DNA of 64,000 nt from Magnetospirillum sp. WYHS-4 (GTDB taxonomy: Bacteria > Pseudomonadota > Alphaproteobacteria > Rhodospirillales > GLO-3), in the NCBI GenBank assembly GCA_039908345.1, contig JAMOBD010000008.1, forward strand, positions 6,719-70,718. The letters are read 5' to 3'. A program made the position numbers and the translations under genes. Positions 39,818 to 54,200 of this stretch are shown in pieces. Position 1 is the first letter of the stretch. The number at the start of each line of letters is the position of its first letter. The notes below the pieces were generated by a model. It had not been told where the DNA came from, made no database searches, and was given only the letters and a program-made list of their open reading frames with translations.

Positions 39818-40828
39818 ATGAAGATAAGGACGCTGGCTTGGTGTCTGGTGGGCAGCCTGCTCGCCGTTCCCGCCCTGGCCGCCGACGACAAGCAGATCGT
39901 CATCAAGTTCAGCCATGTCGTGGCGCCCGACACGCCCAAGGGCAAGGCTGCCGTCAAGTTCAAGGAACTGGCCGAGGAGCGGACCAAGGGCCGCGTCAAG
40001 GTCGAGGTCTATCCCAACAGCCAGCTTTACAAGGACAAGGAAGAGATGGAGGCCCTGCAGCTGGGCGCCGTCCACCTCCTCGCTCCATCCCTGGCCAAGT
40101 TCGGGCCTCTGGGGGTGAAGGAATTCGAACTGTTCGACCTTCCCTACATCTTCGCCGACAAGAAGGTGTTGCAGAAGGTGACCACCGGGCCGGTGGGCGC
40201 CAAGCTGTTCCAGAAGCTGCAGACCAAGGGCATCTACGGCCTGGGGTTCTGGGATAACGGATTCAAGATCATGAGCGCCAACAAGCCGCTCAAGTCGCCG
40301 GCCGACTTCCGGGGCCTCAAGCTGCGCATCCAGTCCTCCAAGGTGCTGGATGCCCAGATGCGCGCCCTGGGCGCCCTGCCCCAGGTGATGGCCTTCTCGG
40401 AAGTCTATCAGGCCCTGCAGACCGGCGTGGTGGACGGTACCGAGAACCCGCCGTCCAACATGTATACCCAGAAGATGCACGAGGTGCAGAAGCACGCCAC
40501 GCTTTCCGACCATGGCTATCTGGGCTACGCGGTCATCACCAACGTCAAGTTCTGGGAAGGCTTGCCGGGCGACGTCCGCAAGGAGTTGGAGATCGCCATG
40601 CAGGAGGCGACCAAGTTCGCCAACGACATCGCCCAGAAGGAAAACGACGATTCCCTGGCCGCGATGAAGGCCTCGGGCAAGACCGAGTTCTACACCTTGA
40701 CGGCCGACGAGAAGGCCGCTTGGCGCAAGGCCCTGCTGCCCGTGCACAAGGAAATGGAGGCGCGCATCGGCGCCGACTTCATCAAGGAAGTCTACAAGGA
40801 GGCCGAGGCCCTCGGCCACAAGTACTAA
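39818..40828 (+). CDS. dctP: TRAP transporter solute-binding protein
   Basis: 336 aa with a signal peptide. IKFSHVVAPDTPKG...YPNSQLY...EALQLGAV is the DctP family pattern. A GGAGAAGGAGG RBS lies upstream. Confidence 0.9.
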   Translation: MKIRTLAWCLVGSLLAVPALAADDKQIVIKFSHVVAPDTPKGKAAVKFKELAEERTKGRVKVEVYPNSQLYKDKEEMEALQLGAVHLLAPSLAKFGPLGVKEFELFDLPYIFADKKVLQKVTTGPVGAKLFQKLQTKGIYGLGFWDNGFKIMSANKPLKSPADFRGLKLRIQSSKVLDAQMRALGALPQVMAFSEVYQALQTGVVDGTENPPSNMYTQKMHEVQKHATLSDHGYLGYAVITNVKFWEGLPGDVRKELEIAMQEATKFANDIAQKENDDSLAAMKASGKTEFYTLTADEKAAWRKALLPVHKEMEARIGADFIKEVYKEAEALGHKY

Positions 40829-40896
40829 GCGTTCGAGGGGGCGTCCCGGCCGCGGGACGCCCCTTCCGTTTCCGTCTCGCCAGGGGAGGCTTGGTC

Positions 40897-41574
40897 TTGC
40901 TGAAGATTCTCGACCGCCTGGAGGAAGTGATCATCTCCTTCCTCATGGCCGCGGCGACGCTGGTGATCTTCGCCGCCGTCGTCCATCGCTACGCTTCCGG
41001 TGTCTCGTTTCTCTATCCGATCATGCACCAGATCAACATGGGTTGGGCGCAGGAACTCTGCATCTACATGTTCATCTGGATGGCCAAGTTCGGCGCCGCC
41101 TACGGCGTGCGCACCGGCATTCACGTGGGCGTGGACGTGCTCATCAACCGGATGCAAACTCCCCTCAGGACCAAGTTCATCGTCTTCGGCCTGTTGTCCG
41201 GGGCGGTGTTCACCGGAACCATCGGCACGTTGGGCGCCTACTTCGTCTGGGAGATGGGACATACGGACCAGACTTCCCCCGACATGGAAATGCCGATGTG
41301 GATCATCTACTTGGCGATTCCCTTCGGCTCCTACCTGATGTGCTTCCGCTTCCTGCAAGTGGCCTGGACCTTCGTCCGCACCGGCGAACTGCCCCATCAC
41401 GACCACAGCCACGTGGCCGGCATCGGCGAGGAGGAGGAAGCGGCGGCGAAGGCTGCGCAGAAGCCGGAAGACATCAACTGGTTCGAGTTGGACAACGACC
41501 TGCATCCGCGCGACGTCGCCCACCATCCCGAGGGTACGGAAGGCGAAGGCAAGGACGAGGAGAAGCGGCCATGA
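40897..41574 (+). CDS. dctQ: TRAP transporter small permease
   Basis: Four TM segments. Probable TTG start 7 nt after GGGGAGG. The stop overlaps the dctM ATG (ATGA). Confidence 0.75.
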   Translation: MLKILDRLEEVIISFLMAAATLVIFAAVVHRYASGVSFLYPIMHQINMGWAQELCIYMFIWMAKFGAAYGVRTGIHVGVDVLINRMQTPLRTKFIVFGLLSGAVFTGTIGTLGAYFVWEMGHTDQTSPDMEMPMWIIYLAIPFGSYLMCFRFLQVAWTFVRTGELPHHDHSHVAGIGEEEEAAAKAAQKPEDINWFELDNDLHPRDVAHHPEGTEGEGKDEEKRP

Positions 41575-42854
41575 ACGCCACCATCATCTTCGTCCTGCTG
41601 CTGGGGCTGATGCTTACCGGCATGCCGATTTCGATCTCGCTGGGCCTGACGGTGCTCACCTTCCTGTTCACCATGACCAGCGTGCCTATCGAAAGCGTGG
41701 CGATGAAGCTGTTCACCGGCATCGAGAAGTTCGAGATCATGGCGATTCCGTTCTTCATCCTGGCCGGCAATTTCCTCACCCACGGCGGCGTGGCCCGGCG
41801 CATGATCGCCTTCGCCACTTCCATGGTCGGCCATTGGAGCGGTGGCCTGGGCCTGGCCGGCGTGGTCGCCTGCGCCCTGTTCGCCGCCGTGTCCGGGTCC
41901 AGCCCGGCCACCGTGGTGGCCATCGGCTCGATCATCCTGCCGGCCATGGTCAAGCAGGGCTTTCCCGCCCGCTTCGGGGCCGGCGTCATCACCACCTCGG
42001 GCGCCCTGGGCATCCTGATCCCGCCTTCCATCGTCATGGTGATGTACGCGGTTTCCACCAACACCTCGGTCGGGCAGCTGTTCATGGCCGGCGTGGTGCC
42101 GGGCCTCATGCTGGCGTCCCTGCTGGGTCTGGTGACCTGGTGGATCGCCTACAAGAACGGCTATCCCCGCATGGAACGGGCCAACTGGGCCACCCGCCTC
42201 AAGACGTTCAAGGACAGCGTCTGGGGCCTGCTGCTGATCGTGGTGGTGATGGGCGGCATCTATTCGGGCATCTTCACCCCGACCGAGGCGGCGGCCATGA
42301 GTGCCGTCTACGCCTTCTTCGTGGCGGTCTTCGTCTACAAGGACATGTCCCTGAAGGATGTGCCGAAGGTGCTGCTGGCGTCGGCCAACATGAGCGCCAT
42401 GTTGCTCTACATCATCACCAACGCCATCCTGTTCTCGTTCCTGATGACCAGCGAGAACATCCCCCAGGAGATGGCGGAATGGATGATCGGCAAGGACCTC
42501 AGCCCCTGGGTCTTCCTGTTGGCGGTCAACGTGCTGCTGTTGATGGCGGGCAATGTGATGGAGCCGTCCTCGATCACCCTCATCATGGCGCCCATTCTGT
42601 TCCCCATCGCCATGAAGCTGGGCATCGATCCGGTGCATTTCGGCATCATGATCGTGGTCAACATGGAAGTCGGCATGTGCCATCCGCCGGTGGGCCTGAA
42701 CCTCTATGTGGCGTCCGGCATCACCCGCATGGGCATCACCGAGCTGACCATCGCGGTCATGCCCTGGCTGCTGACCATGCTGGGGTTCATGTTGCTCATC
42801 ACCTACATCCCCGCCATTTCGCTCTGGCTGCCGCATTTGCTGGGAGCCCGATAG
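41571..42854 (+). CDS. dctM: TRAP transporter large permease
   Basis: 427 aa, a polytopic protein collinear with the DctM family (FFILAGNF..., SGSSPATVVAIGSI...). Confidence 0.92.
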   Translation: MNATIIFVLLLGLMLTGMPISISLGLTVLTFLFTMTSVPIESVAMKLFTGIEKFEIMAIPFFILAGNFLTHGGVARRMIAFATSMVGHWSGGLGLAGVVACALFAAVSGSSPATVVAIGSIILPAMVKQGFPARFGAGVITTSGALGILIPPSIVMVMYAVSTNTSVGQLFMAGVVPGLMLASLLGLVTWWIAYKNGYPRMERANWATRLKTFKDSVWGLLLIVVVMGGIYSGIFTPTEAAAMSAVYAFFVAVFVYKDMSLKDVPKVLLASANMSAMLLYIITNAILFSFLMTSENIPQEMAEWMIGKDLSPWVFLLAVNVLLLMAGNVMEPSSITLIMAPILFPIAMKLGIDPVHFGIMIVVNMEVGMCHPPVGLNLYVASGITRMGITELTIAVMPWLLTMLGFMLLITYIPAISLWLPHLLGAR

Positions 42855-42882
42855 AGCCGGCAAGGAACGGCAAGGTGGGAAC

Positions 42883-42914
42883 GATGGGGGTGCCCCGGCC
42901 GGGGCACCCCCATC
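42883..42914. terminator. perfect 32-nt GC-rich palindrome, bidirectional terminator between dctM and the convergent response regulator
   Basis: GATGGGGGTGCCCCGG/CCGGGGCACCCCCATC. Confidence 0.7.
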
Positions 42915-42918
42915 CGCT

Positions 42919-43491
42919 TCAGGCGACGCAAGCTATGGGATCGAGAACCGGGGCCTGGGTGACGGTGCCTTGGCGACGGTCCACCAGAACAGGCAGGGGC
43001 GTCGTCTTCACCGAACGCCGTTCGGGCCCCACGTAGGTCTTGCTGCGAATGAAGGGCCGCGGCTTGAGGACCGCCATGGCCACCCGGCGGAACAGGTCGT
43101 CGGCGGAGAAGGGCTTGGCCAGGTATTCGTGGACACCGGCATCGCGGGCCGCGACCACGCATCGCCAATCGCAATGGCCGGACACCATCACGATGGGTAG
43201 TTCGGGGTTCAGCACGCCATCGTCGCGCCGTGCCAACCTGGTGAACTCGCAGCCGTTGACGATCGGCATCTCGTAATCCACCAGGACCACGTCGATGGGC
43301 AGCTTGCGCAGCAGGGCGAGCCCTTCCACCGCGTCCTCGGCCTCGATGACGTGCTTGAGGCCGAAGCCTGCCAGGGCGGCGCGCATCAGGATGCGGGCGA
43401 AGCGATTGTCGTCGATGATGAGGTAGGTCAATCCAGCCAGGAACGCGTGGGTTTTGGCGCCTTGGCCGTTATCGCGGGTCAGGTCCGTCAT
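42919..43491 (-). CDS. CheY-like receiver protein with an uncharacterised ~70-aa C-terminal extension
   Basis: 190 aa from MTDLTRD. YLIIDDN...VLVDYEMP...MVSGH...YLAKPF is a receiver pattern. Confidence 0.75.
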   Translation of the reverse strand: MTDLTRDNGQGAKTHAFLAGLTYLIIDDNRFARILMRAALAGFGLKHVIEAEDAVEGLALLRKLPIDVVLVDYEMPIVNGCEFTRLARRDDGVLNPELPIVMVSGHCDWRCVVAARDAGVHEYLAKPFSADDLFRRVAMAVLKPRPFIRSKTYVGPERRSVKTTPLPVLVDRRQGTVTQAPVLDPIACVA

Positions 43492-43864
43492 GGCGGGGTC
43501 CCCTCGTCTCTCGATCCCTCGTTCCCCCGGGGGCACTAAAGGTTTTTATGGTTTTGGATGGGAAAGTATAATCCGGAACCGAAACGATGTCCGTGACGGC
43601 CATCACACCCGGCCCCCGGAAAACCCCGCGATCCCTCGGTTTTCCAGCTTGGTCTTAATATAAGTATGTTCTAAACAACTCATGAAATCAGGGTGATAGC
43701 TCCTTTCGCACCTGCAATGGAGCCGCTTGCCAGGGCGGGACGGAGTGTGTTACACACGGACGCTCCAAGCGGGGCTGGGCGTGCCGCCCGAGGTGGGGCT
43801 TTTTCCCGGCGGCGGCGGCCTATTCGCAAGATCGTCATAGACAGGATTCGAGGGGCTTTCCCAG

Positions 43865-44424
43865 GTGTCGACCCACAGCACAGACGCCACGGGGCTGGCT
43901 GGCCGTTACGCCTCGGCTCTTTTCGAGCTGGCGGAAGCGGACAAGGCCTTGGAACGGGTGGCGGAAGATCTCTCCCGCCTGGACGCCATGATCCGCGAGA
44001 GCGCCGACCTCGCCCGCCTGATCCGCTCGCCGGTCGTGGCGCGCGCCGACCAGGCCAAGGCCATGACGGCCCTGGTTCGGCGCATCGATGCCGCCGATCT
44101 GACCCATCGCTTCATCGGACTGGTGGCCAGGAATCGCCGTCTGAGCGCCCTGCCGGCCATGGCGACGGCTTTCCAGTCCCTGCTGGCCGCCAAGCGCGGC
44201 GAGGTCACGGCCGAGGTGGTCTCCGCCGGAGAACTTTCGGCCGCCCAGGTGGAAGCCCTGACCGTATCGTTGAAGAAGGCCGTCGGTTCGGCGGTAACCG
44301 TCGAGGCGAGGGTCGATCCCTCGCTGATCGGCGGGCTCGTCGTCAAGGTGGGCTCGCGGATGGTCGACAGCTCTCTTCGCTCCAAGTTGCTGCAAATGCG
44401 CCTCGCCATGAAAGGGGTAGGATG

Positions 44425-44425
<1 letters not shown>
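43865..44425 (+). CDS. atpH: F1 ATP synthase subunit delta (OSCP)
   Basis: GTG start. [13 protein letters not shown]...[21 protein letters not shown] is the pattern, and it is the first gene of atpHAGDC. Confidence 0.9.
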
Positions 44426-45957
<1,532 letters not shown>

Positions 45958-45983
45958 GGGGTTGAGGACGGGGACGGCAACCG

Positions 45984-46874
45984 ATGCCCAACTTGAAGGA
46001 CCTCCGGGTCCGCATCACCAGCGTCAAATCGACGCAGAAGATCACCTCCGCCATGAAGATGGTGGCGGCGAGCAAGCTGCGCCGTGCCCAGGTGGCGGCC
46101 GAGCAGGCCCGTCCCTATGCCCAGCGTATGGATCGCATGCTGTCCGAACTGGTGGCCAGCCTGCCGACCCTGGACGGCACGCCGAGGCTGCTGTCGGGCA
46201 CCGGGTCCGACCAAGTGCATCTGATCGTCGCCATGACCGCCGACCGCGGGCTTTGCGGCGGCTTCAACGCCAACGTGGCCCGCGAGGTGCGCAAGCTGGT
46301 GACGCATCTGCGGGCCGAGGGAAAGACGCCGAAGATCCTCTGCATCGGTCGCAAGGGCCGCGACGCGCTCAAGCGCGACCACGCCGATCTGATCATCGCC
46401 ACCCATGAAAACCTGATGCGGACCGGGGCGCAGTTCGATACCGCCCGCATGATCGGCCGCCAACTTCGCGATATGTACGCCGAAGGCCAGTTCGACGTCT
46501 GCACCATCGTCTTCAACCGGTTCCAGTCGGCGATCAGCCAAGTGGTCACCGCCCAGCAGCTCATTCCCTTCCCGGTTCCCGCGACCGCCAAGGAGGACCG
46601 CCAGATCGGACTGATCAAGCCGCTCTACATCCTGGAGCCTTCGGAAGAGGAACTCCTTGGGGCGTTGCTGCCGCGCAATCTGTCCGTCCAGGTCTTCCGC
46701 GCCATGCTGGAGGGCTACGCTTCGGAACAGGGAGCGCGCATGACCGCCATGGACAACGCGACCCGCAACGCCGGCGACATGATCAATGCCCTGACGCTGA
46801 AGTACAATCGCACACGCCAGGCCTACATCACCAAGGAACTGATCGAGATCATCTCGGGTGCCGAGGCCCTCTAG
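45984..46874 (+). CDS. atpG: F1 ATP synthase subunit gamma
   Basis: [36 protein letters not shown]...[15 protein letters not shown]. Confidence 0.95.
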   Translation: MPNLKDLRVRITSVKSTQKITSAMKMVAASKLRRAQVAAEQARPYAQRMDRMLSELVASLPTLDGTPRLLSGTGSDQVHLIVAMTADRGLCGGFNANVAREVRKLVTHLRAEGKTPKILCIGRKGRDALKRDHADLIIATHENLMRTGAQFDTARMIGRQLRDMYAEGQFDVCTIVFNRFQSAISQVVTAQQLIPFPVPATAKEDRQIGLIKPLYILEPSEEELLGALLPRNLSVQVFRAMLEGYASEQGARMTAMDNATRNAGDMINALTLKYNRTRQAYITKELIEIISGAEAL

Positions 46875-48344
<1,470 letters not shown>

Positions 48345-48371
48345 CCCGAGGACCGGCCGGGAGGCGGACCC

Positions 48372-48803
48372 ATGGCGGAAAAAATCCAGTTCGAGATCGT
48401 CACTCCGGCCAAGCTGATGCTGTCGGAGGAAGCCGACATGGTGGTGGCGCCGGGCGGCGACGGCGATTTCGGCGTCCTGCCGGGCCACGCGCCCATGCTA
48501 TCCACCCTCAGGGCCGGCACCATCGATGTCTATACGGGCGACAAGGTGCGCAACAAGATCTTCGTCGAAGGCGGTTTCGCCGAGGTGACGGGGGAACGTT
48601 GCACCATCCTCGCCCAGGTGGCCATTCCGTTGCGCGAGATCGGGCGCGAGGACGCGGAAAGGCGGCTGTCCAAGGCGCGCGACGGCTTGGAATCCGCCGA
48701 CAACTTCGAAAAGCGCAAGGCGGCCGGCCGCGAACTGGAATCCGCCGAAGCCATGCTGGCCGCCGTGGCGGCCTACCAGGACAAGCTGCGCGCCGGGCAC
48801 TGA
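48372..48803 (+). CDS. atpC: F1 ATP synthase subunit epsilon
   Basis: 143 aa. FEIVTPAKL...GDFGVLPGHAP pattern, and the last gene of the operon. Confidence 0.95.
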   Translation: MAEKIQFEIVTPAKLMLSEEADMVVAPGGDGDFGVLPGHAPMLSTLRAGTIDVYTGDKVRNKIFVEGGFAEVTGERCTILAQVAIPLREIGREDAERRLSKARDGLESADNFEKRKAAGRELESAEAMLAAVAAYQDKLRAGH

Positions 48804-48889
48804 CGCCGGATACCTCTCTTTAAGCCGCTCGGGTCCGATGGAGACCTGCAAAAATGGCGCTCCGGAATCGCCCGTATCCGGGATATAAG

Positions 48890-48912
48890 CGTATTCAACA
48901 ATAATGAATACG
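48890..48912. promoter_or_regulatory. 8-bp inverted repeat just upstream of ccdA (possible operator)
   Basis: CGTATTCA-N7-TGAATACG, AT-rich, 16 nt before the ccdA ATG. Confidence 0.25.
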
Positions 48913-48927
48913 GGAGGCCGAAACGTC

Positions 48928-49671
48928 ATGGAGGGCTTCGCGGTCAGCTATTGGGCTGCCCTGGGGGCGGGGGTGCTCAGCTTCGTGTCGCCCTGCGTGC
49001 TTCCCCTGGTGCCCGCCTACATCTGCTTCGTGGGGGGCGCCTCGCTCGACGAACTGCTGTCGGACGAGCCGGAATCCAAGGTCATCGTCCGCCACATCTT
49101 CGTGGCCTCCCTAGCCTTCGTGCTCGGGTTCTCCACCGTCTTCGTCGCGCTCGGCATGACCGCCACCGCCATTGGCGGCCTGATCGGCCAGTACAAGGAC
49201 GTACTCGCCAAGACGGCCGGCTTGGTGGTGATGTTCTTCGGTCTTCATTTCATGGGCCTGTTCCGGGTCGGCTTCCTGAACTTCGAGAAGCGCTACCACG
49301 TCGCCGAGCGCCCGGCCGGCCCCGTCGGCTCCTTCTGCCTGGGCTTGGCTTTCGCCTTCGGCTGGACGCCTTGCGTCGGCCCCATCCTGGCCACCATCCT
49401 GATGATCGCCTCGGCAGGCGAGAGCCCGATGGACGGCGGGTTGTTGCTGGGGGCCTATGCGGCCGGCATCGGCATTCCCTTCCTGATCGCCGCCTCGGCG
49501 GTCAAGCCCTTCATGATCCTGATGAAGCGCTTCCGCCAGCACATGCGCACCATCGAACTGGGCATCGGCGGGCTGCTGGTGGTGACCGGGGCGCTGATCT
49601 TCTTCGGCGGCATGGAGGACATCGGCCTCTGGCTGCTGGAGACCTTCCCGTCGCTGGGCAAGATCGGCTAA
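48928..49671 (+). CDS. ccdA: cytochrome c biogenesis thiol:disulfide transporter CcdA/DsbD-core family
   Basis: SFVSPCVLPLVPAY and FGWTPCVGPIL, the two conserved Cys motifs. Six TM segments. Confidence 0.85.
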   Translation: MEGFAVSYWAALGAGVLSFVSPCVLPLVPAYICFVGGASLDELLSDEPESKVIVRHIFVASLAFVLGFSTVFVALGMTATAIGGLIGQYKDVLAKTAGLVVMFFGLHFMGLFRVGFLNFEKRYHVAERPAGPVGSFCLGLAFAFGWTPCVGPILATILMIASAGESPMDGGLLLGAYAAGIGIPFLIAASAVKPFMILMKRFRQHMRTIELGIGGLLVVTGALIFFGGMEDIGLWLLETFPSLGKIG

Positions 49672-50564
49672 ACGAGGGCGAGCGCCAGTAGCAGCCCGAA
49701 AAGGGCCTGGGCCTGCGCGGTGCGGGCCAGCAGGCCGTTGAAGGCAGGTCCCGGCGTTTCGCGCCGGAACCGCATAACCAACCAGACGGCCAAAGGCAGG
49801 GAAAGCAACGGCAGCGCTTGCCCCAGGAGCGCCAGCATCAGGTAGGGCGCCAGCATCAGGATCGCGTAGACCATCCGCGCCCCATCCAGGCCCATCCGAA
49901 TGGCCAAGGTCCGGCGTCCGGCCTGCCGGTCCTCCTCCATGTCGCGCGTGTTGTTGACCATCAGCACGGCGGCGGCCATCAGGCCCAGGGCCGCCCCCGC
50001 CACCAGGGCCGCCGGGGAAAACGCCGGGTTCTGCAGCCAAGCGCTACCCCCCACCGCCGCCAAGCCGAAGAACAGGAAGACGAAGGCCTCCCCGGTCGCC
50101 GAATAGGAAATCGGCCATGGAGAGCGCGAATAACTCCAGCCCGCCAGCACGCCCGCCGCCCCGATCAGGATGATCGGCAAGCCGCCGAAAGCCGTCAGGT
50201 AGATGCCGGACGCCGTCACCGCCAGGAAGCAGGTCAGCGCCGCGCGCTTGACCTGCCGGGGCGTCGCCCAGCCCTGGGCGGTGACCCGTTGGGGGCCCAA
50301 ACGGGCCGGGCGGTCGGCGCCCCGTTCGAAATCGTCCACGTCGTTCAGCAGATTGGTGCCGATCTGGATCAGGGCGGAAACCGCCAGAGCCAGGACGAAG
50401 GGGACGGCATGGAAGGCGCCCCTCCCACCTTCGGCCCATCCCAGCGCGCTGCCGACCAGCACCGGCACCACCGCCAAGGGCAGGGTGCGGGGGCGGGCTG
50501 CCAGCAGCCACAGCCGCCAGCCTCTGGGCGGGGACGAATCGTTCACTTCGGGCGATATCCCCAA
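49668..50564 (-). CDS. menA: UbiA-family prenyltransferase, MenA-like (1,4-dihydroxy-2-naphthoate polyprenyltransferase)
   Basis: LAARPRTLPLAVVPVLVG, NLLNDVDDFERGAD (NxxxDxxxD-type motif), polytopic. Confidence 0.75.
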   Translation of the reverse strand: MGISPEVNDSSPPRGWRLWLLAARPRTLPLAVVPVLVGSALGWAEGGRGAFHAVPFVLALAVSALIQIGTNLLNDVDDFERGADRPARLGPQRVTAQGWATPRQVKRAALTCFLAVTASGIYLTAFGGLPIILIGAAGVLAGWSYSRSPWPISYSATGEAFVFLFFGLAAVGGSAWLQNPAFSPAALVAGAALGLMAAAVLMVNNTRDMEEDRQAGRRTLAIRMGLDGARMVYAILMLAPYLMLALLGQALPLLSLPLAVWLVMRFRRETPGPAFNGLLARTAQAQALFGLLLALALV

Positions 50565-51262
50565 TGCAGGCAGGCGATGCCAAGCGATAGGTTACGCCAC
50601 CCCACCCGTTCCAGGCCGGAGGCTTCCAGATGGCCGGCCATTTCCTTCTGGTCGGGGAAGCGGCGGATGGATTCCACCAGATAGGCATAAGCCGACGGCT
50701 GCCCCGCCACCCAGGCGCCCAGCCGGGGAATGACCAGAAACGAATAGAGATCGTAGAGCGGCCGGAACCAAGCCTGCGGCCGTGAGAACTCGAGGCAGAG
50801 GAACAGGCCACCCGGCTTGAGGACACGCCGGACTTCGGCCAGGGAGCCGTCCAGGCTGGTCATGTTGCGGATGCCGAAGGCGATGGTCACCAAGTCGACC
50901 GAACCGTCCGCCAGGGGCAGGGCCTCGCCCTCGCCGCCCAGCCGGCAATAGCCGCCCCGGCCCTCGGTCATCATGGCGAGGCTGGAATCGAGTACGACCA
51001 CGGTGCGCCCCGGACCCCGCGCCGCCAGAAGGCGGGCCACGTCGCCGGTGCCCCCCGCCAGGTCGACGGCGATGCCGTCCGGCCTTTCATCGGCGCGCCA
51101 GGCCAGCACGCGCTTCCACAGCCGGTGGATGCCGAAGCTCATGACGTCGTTCATCAGGTCGTAGCGTGGCGCCACGCGGGTGAAAACCTCCCGGATGCGG
51201 CGGCGCCGCTCGCCGGGCGCCACCGCCTCGAATCCGAAGGTATGGGTCAGCGGGTCCGTCAT
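50543..51262 (-). CDS. ubiE: demethylmenaquinone / ubiquinone C-methyltransferase
   Basis: FTRVAPRYDLMNDVMSFGIHRLWKR, DLAGGTGD, FGIRN are the UbiE/MenG signature. Confidence 0.9.
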   Translation of the reverse strand: MTDPLTHTFGFEAVAPGERRRRIREVFTRVAPRYDLMNDVMSFGIHRLWKRVLAWRADERPDGIAVDLAGGTGDVARLLAARGPGRTVVVLDSSLAMMTEGRGGYCRLGGEGEALPLADGSVDLVTIAFGIRNMTSLDGSLAEVRRVLKPGGLFLCLEFSRPQAWFRPLYDLYSFLVIPRLGAWVAGQPSAYAYLVESIRRFPDQKEMAGHLEASGLERVGWRNLSLGIACLHWGYRPK

Positions 51263-54200
51263 CAGCGTCCCAACAGGATGCCCTTCAGGATATCCTTCGG
51301 CTTGGTCGGTACCTGCTGTTGCTGCGGCTGTTGCTGTTGCGGCGCCTGGGTGGGAGCCGTCGGTTGCTGCGGTGCCGGGGCAGCCGCCCCGCCGGTGGCG
51401 CCCGGCAGCACGGTTTCCAGCAGGGTGCCGACACCCTTCTTCTTCAACAGCTTTTCGGTGCCGGGAATGGCGATGCCCTTGCCCGGCAGGCTGGCGGTGT
51501 CCAGCTTGACGTTCGGGGCGTCCAGGCGGCCGGTGATGGAAAACGGCAGAGAAGTATTCTGCACGCCGGTCTTCTGGGTGAGCACCTGGGTGAGCAGGTT
51601 CTGCGCCAGGTCCACCTTGCCCTGGGAATCGATGGTCCAGCGCGGGAGGTCGACGGTGGCGATGGCCGTGCCGTTGCCAACCCCCGAGATCAGACGGGCG
51701 TCGCGGCTGGTCACGATGCCGCGGTCGATAGTGAAGGTGCCGGACACGTCGGCCAGACCCGAACCGCTCTTGCCGCCACCCAGGGTGCCGCCCAGCGTGT
51801 TCAGGGTGCCCACCAGGTCGAGCAGGGCGGACAGGGCCGAGCCCTGGGCTTCCTTCTTGACGTCCAATCCCTTGACGGTCAGCGAGCCGTTGCCGGCGAG
51901 GGCCTGAACCAGCTGAGCCACGCTGCCGCCCTGGGTGGCCGCCTTGAGGTCGAGGTTCATCGCCCCACCCGCCATGCCCTTGCCGGCCGCCGCCGCGACG
52001 GCGCGCCCGACGTCCAGGTTGGCGACCTGCAACGATAGATCGGCCTTGGCCCCTTTGTTGGCGTCGACGGTGGCATTGGCCTGGACGGCGCCGCCGAACA
52101 GGGTACCCGTCACCCGCTGGGTACGCAGCACGCCGCCGGCGAGGGCCAGGGCGATGTCGGCGTTGTCGAAGCGATAGTCTTGGAAGACGATGGCCGCTGA
52201 ACGCAGGATCACGTCGGCATCGACAGACGCCAACGCCGACAGATCGAGCGGATCGCGGGACCAACGTGGGTCGACGGCACCTCCCGCTGTAGCTTGCGGT
52301 ACGGGCCGGCTGGCCCCGGGGGCCGCCGCCAGGACGACGGGCCGCTCCAAGGCTTCCTGGAACAGCGGACGGAATTTCCCGCCCGCATGTTTGACGCCCT
52401 GTTCTCCTTCGCCGGGCAGGGAGGCGGTTCTCTGGGCGGGCAGGAAGCGGTCGACAGGCAGTTCTCCCGTGGCAAGCTGGGCTCCAACCTTCGGCTTGGC
52501 GCCACTCAGATCGAGGTTGGCGCTGCCGGACAGGGACACCGGACCCAGGCTGCCCTTGATGTCGGAAAGGGCCATCTTGTCCAGGCCGCCCTTGACGTGC
52601 AGCGCCAGATCGGTGCCGCCCAGCCTTCCCGCCGGGCGATAGTCCACGCCCAGGGTACGGGCCAGTTGGACGAGGTCGCCGTGCTTGACCGCGACGCGGG
52701 CGTCGAAAGTCGGGGCCGGAAGGGCGGAAACGGACCCGTTCAGGTCCAGTGTGGCGCCCGCCGCCTGCAACGACATGTCCAGGGCCGGCTTGAGAAACTG
52801 GCCGCTGGCCTTGCCCCGCAGGGTGACGCGGCCGAGCCCCTTGGCCTGGGCCGGAGCCTCCAGGCCCGCCAAGCGGAACACCGGCGCCAGATCGGCGGCC
52901 AGGAAGTCCACATGCAGGTCCTTCATCTCGGGCAGGCCGTCCAGCTTCAGCAGGCCGCCCTTGACCGCCAGGCTGGCGCCCGCCGCCTGGCCGACCGCAA
53001 GGCGGCGCAGGTCCAGGTTGCCGTTATGCAGGGTTCCATCGACCACCAGATCGGAAATGGGAGTTTGGCGGTAGGTGAGCGACTTGACCGCCAGCTTGAC
53101 GTTGGCGTCGAAGCCCTTCAGCGCCGTCATGCCGCCCGGAGCGGCCGAAGGGGCCGGGGCGGCCGCGCCGCCTTCTCCCTTGGCACCGCCGGACGAACCG
53201 CCCTTGGGTTGGGCCGCCGCGGCCGGCAGGTAGCCGTCCAGGTTCACCTTGTCGGCCACCAAATCGGCACCGAAGGCCGGCCTGGACCCTAGTTTGACGG
53301 TGGCACCTCCGCTCACGTTTGTGCCATCCATCTGCATGGCCAAGCCGGCGATCTGCACTTGGTCGGGAGTCGCCACGAACGCGCTCTTGTAGGCCAGGCG
53401 ACGCAAGCGTTCCTTGGGCAGATCGGCGGGCAGGGCGACACCCAGCCAGGACAGCACGGCCCGCAGGTCGGCGGCCGAAATTTCCATCTCGCCTTCCAAC
53501 TGCGGCTTGCCGTTCTTGGCCGAGACGAATCCGAACAGGGCCACGTCGGTGCTGCCGGGCAATTGAGCGGAAAGTTGGCTGAGGGTGACCTCGCCGTTGG
53601 CCAGATCGGCGTTCAGCTTGGCCTGCCGGATCACGCCGCCTTTGTAGGACAGGGCCTCGATCCCCAGGCGAATCGCCGCGTTGACGTTGGCCGGCAGGGC
53701 GAAAGCCTGGGAAGCGGCCTTGCCCGGCGCGGAAGACGCTACCGGAGCCTGGCCCTTGACCGGGGCGGGCGGTGCCGACGGGGCGGACGTCATGCCGGCC
53801 ATCAGGGCATCCAGGTCGATACGGCCGACGTTCAGGTTGGCTTGCATCGTCGGGATGGCGCCGAGCGCGACGGACAGGTTGCCGGAGGCCTGGGTATCGC
53901 CCAGGTTCATGGTCAGGTCGGGAACCGAGACCTCGGTCTGCGAGCCGGCGACGTTGCCGCTGAAGCCGAAGTTGCGGCCCAGGAACGCGGGCAGGTCGTT
54001 GGTGCCCGCCACGCCTCGCAGCAGGGCCGCCAGATCGTCGCCCTTGGCTTCCACCTTGCCCTTGAAGCCGGGCGTGGTCTCCAGGCCCACCAGGGTTCCG
54101 GATACCTTGACGGTCGAGTTGCCCGCGCCCAGGCCCAGGGCCAAGTCGAGGGGGACCGTGCGGCCGTGGATCAACTTGCCCACCGTGCCGTTGACCGAAA

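Noticed and set aside
41395-41574. The His/Glu-rich 60-aa C-terminal tail of DctQ (HHDHSH...EEEEAAAK...EGEGKDEEKRP) as a possible metal-binding add-on.
   Set aside because: The total length of 225 aa is within the normal DctQ range as far as I recall. Low-complexity cytoplasmic tails are common, and there is no supporting context.
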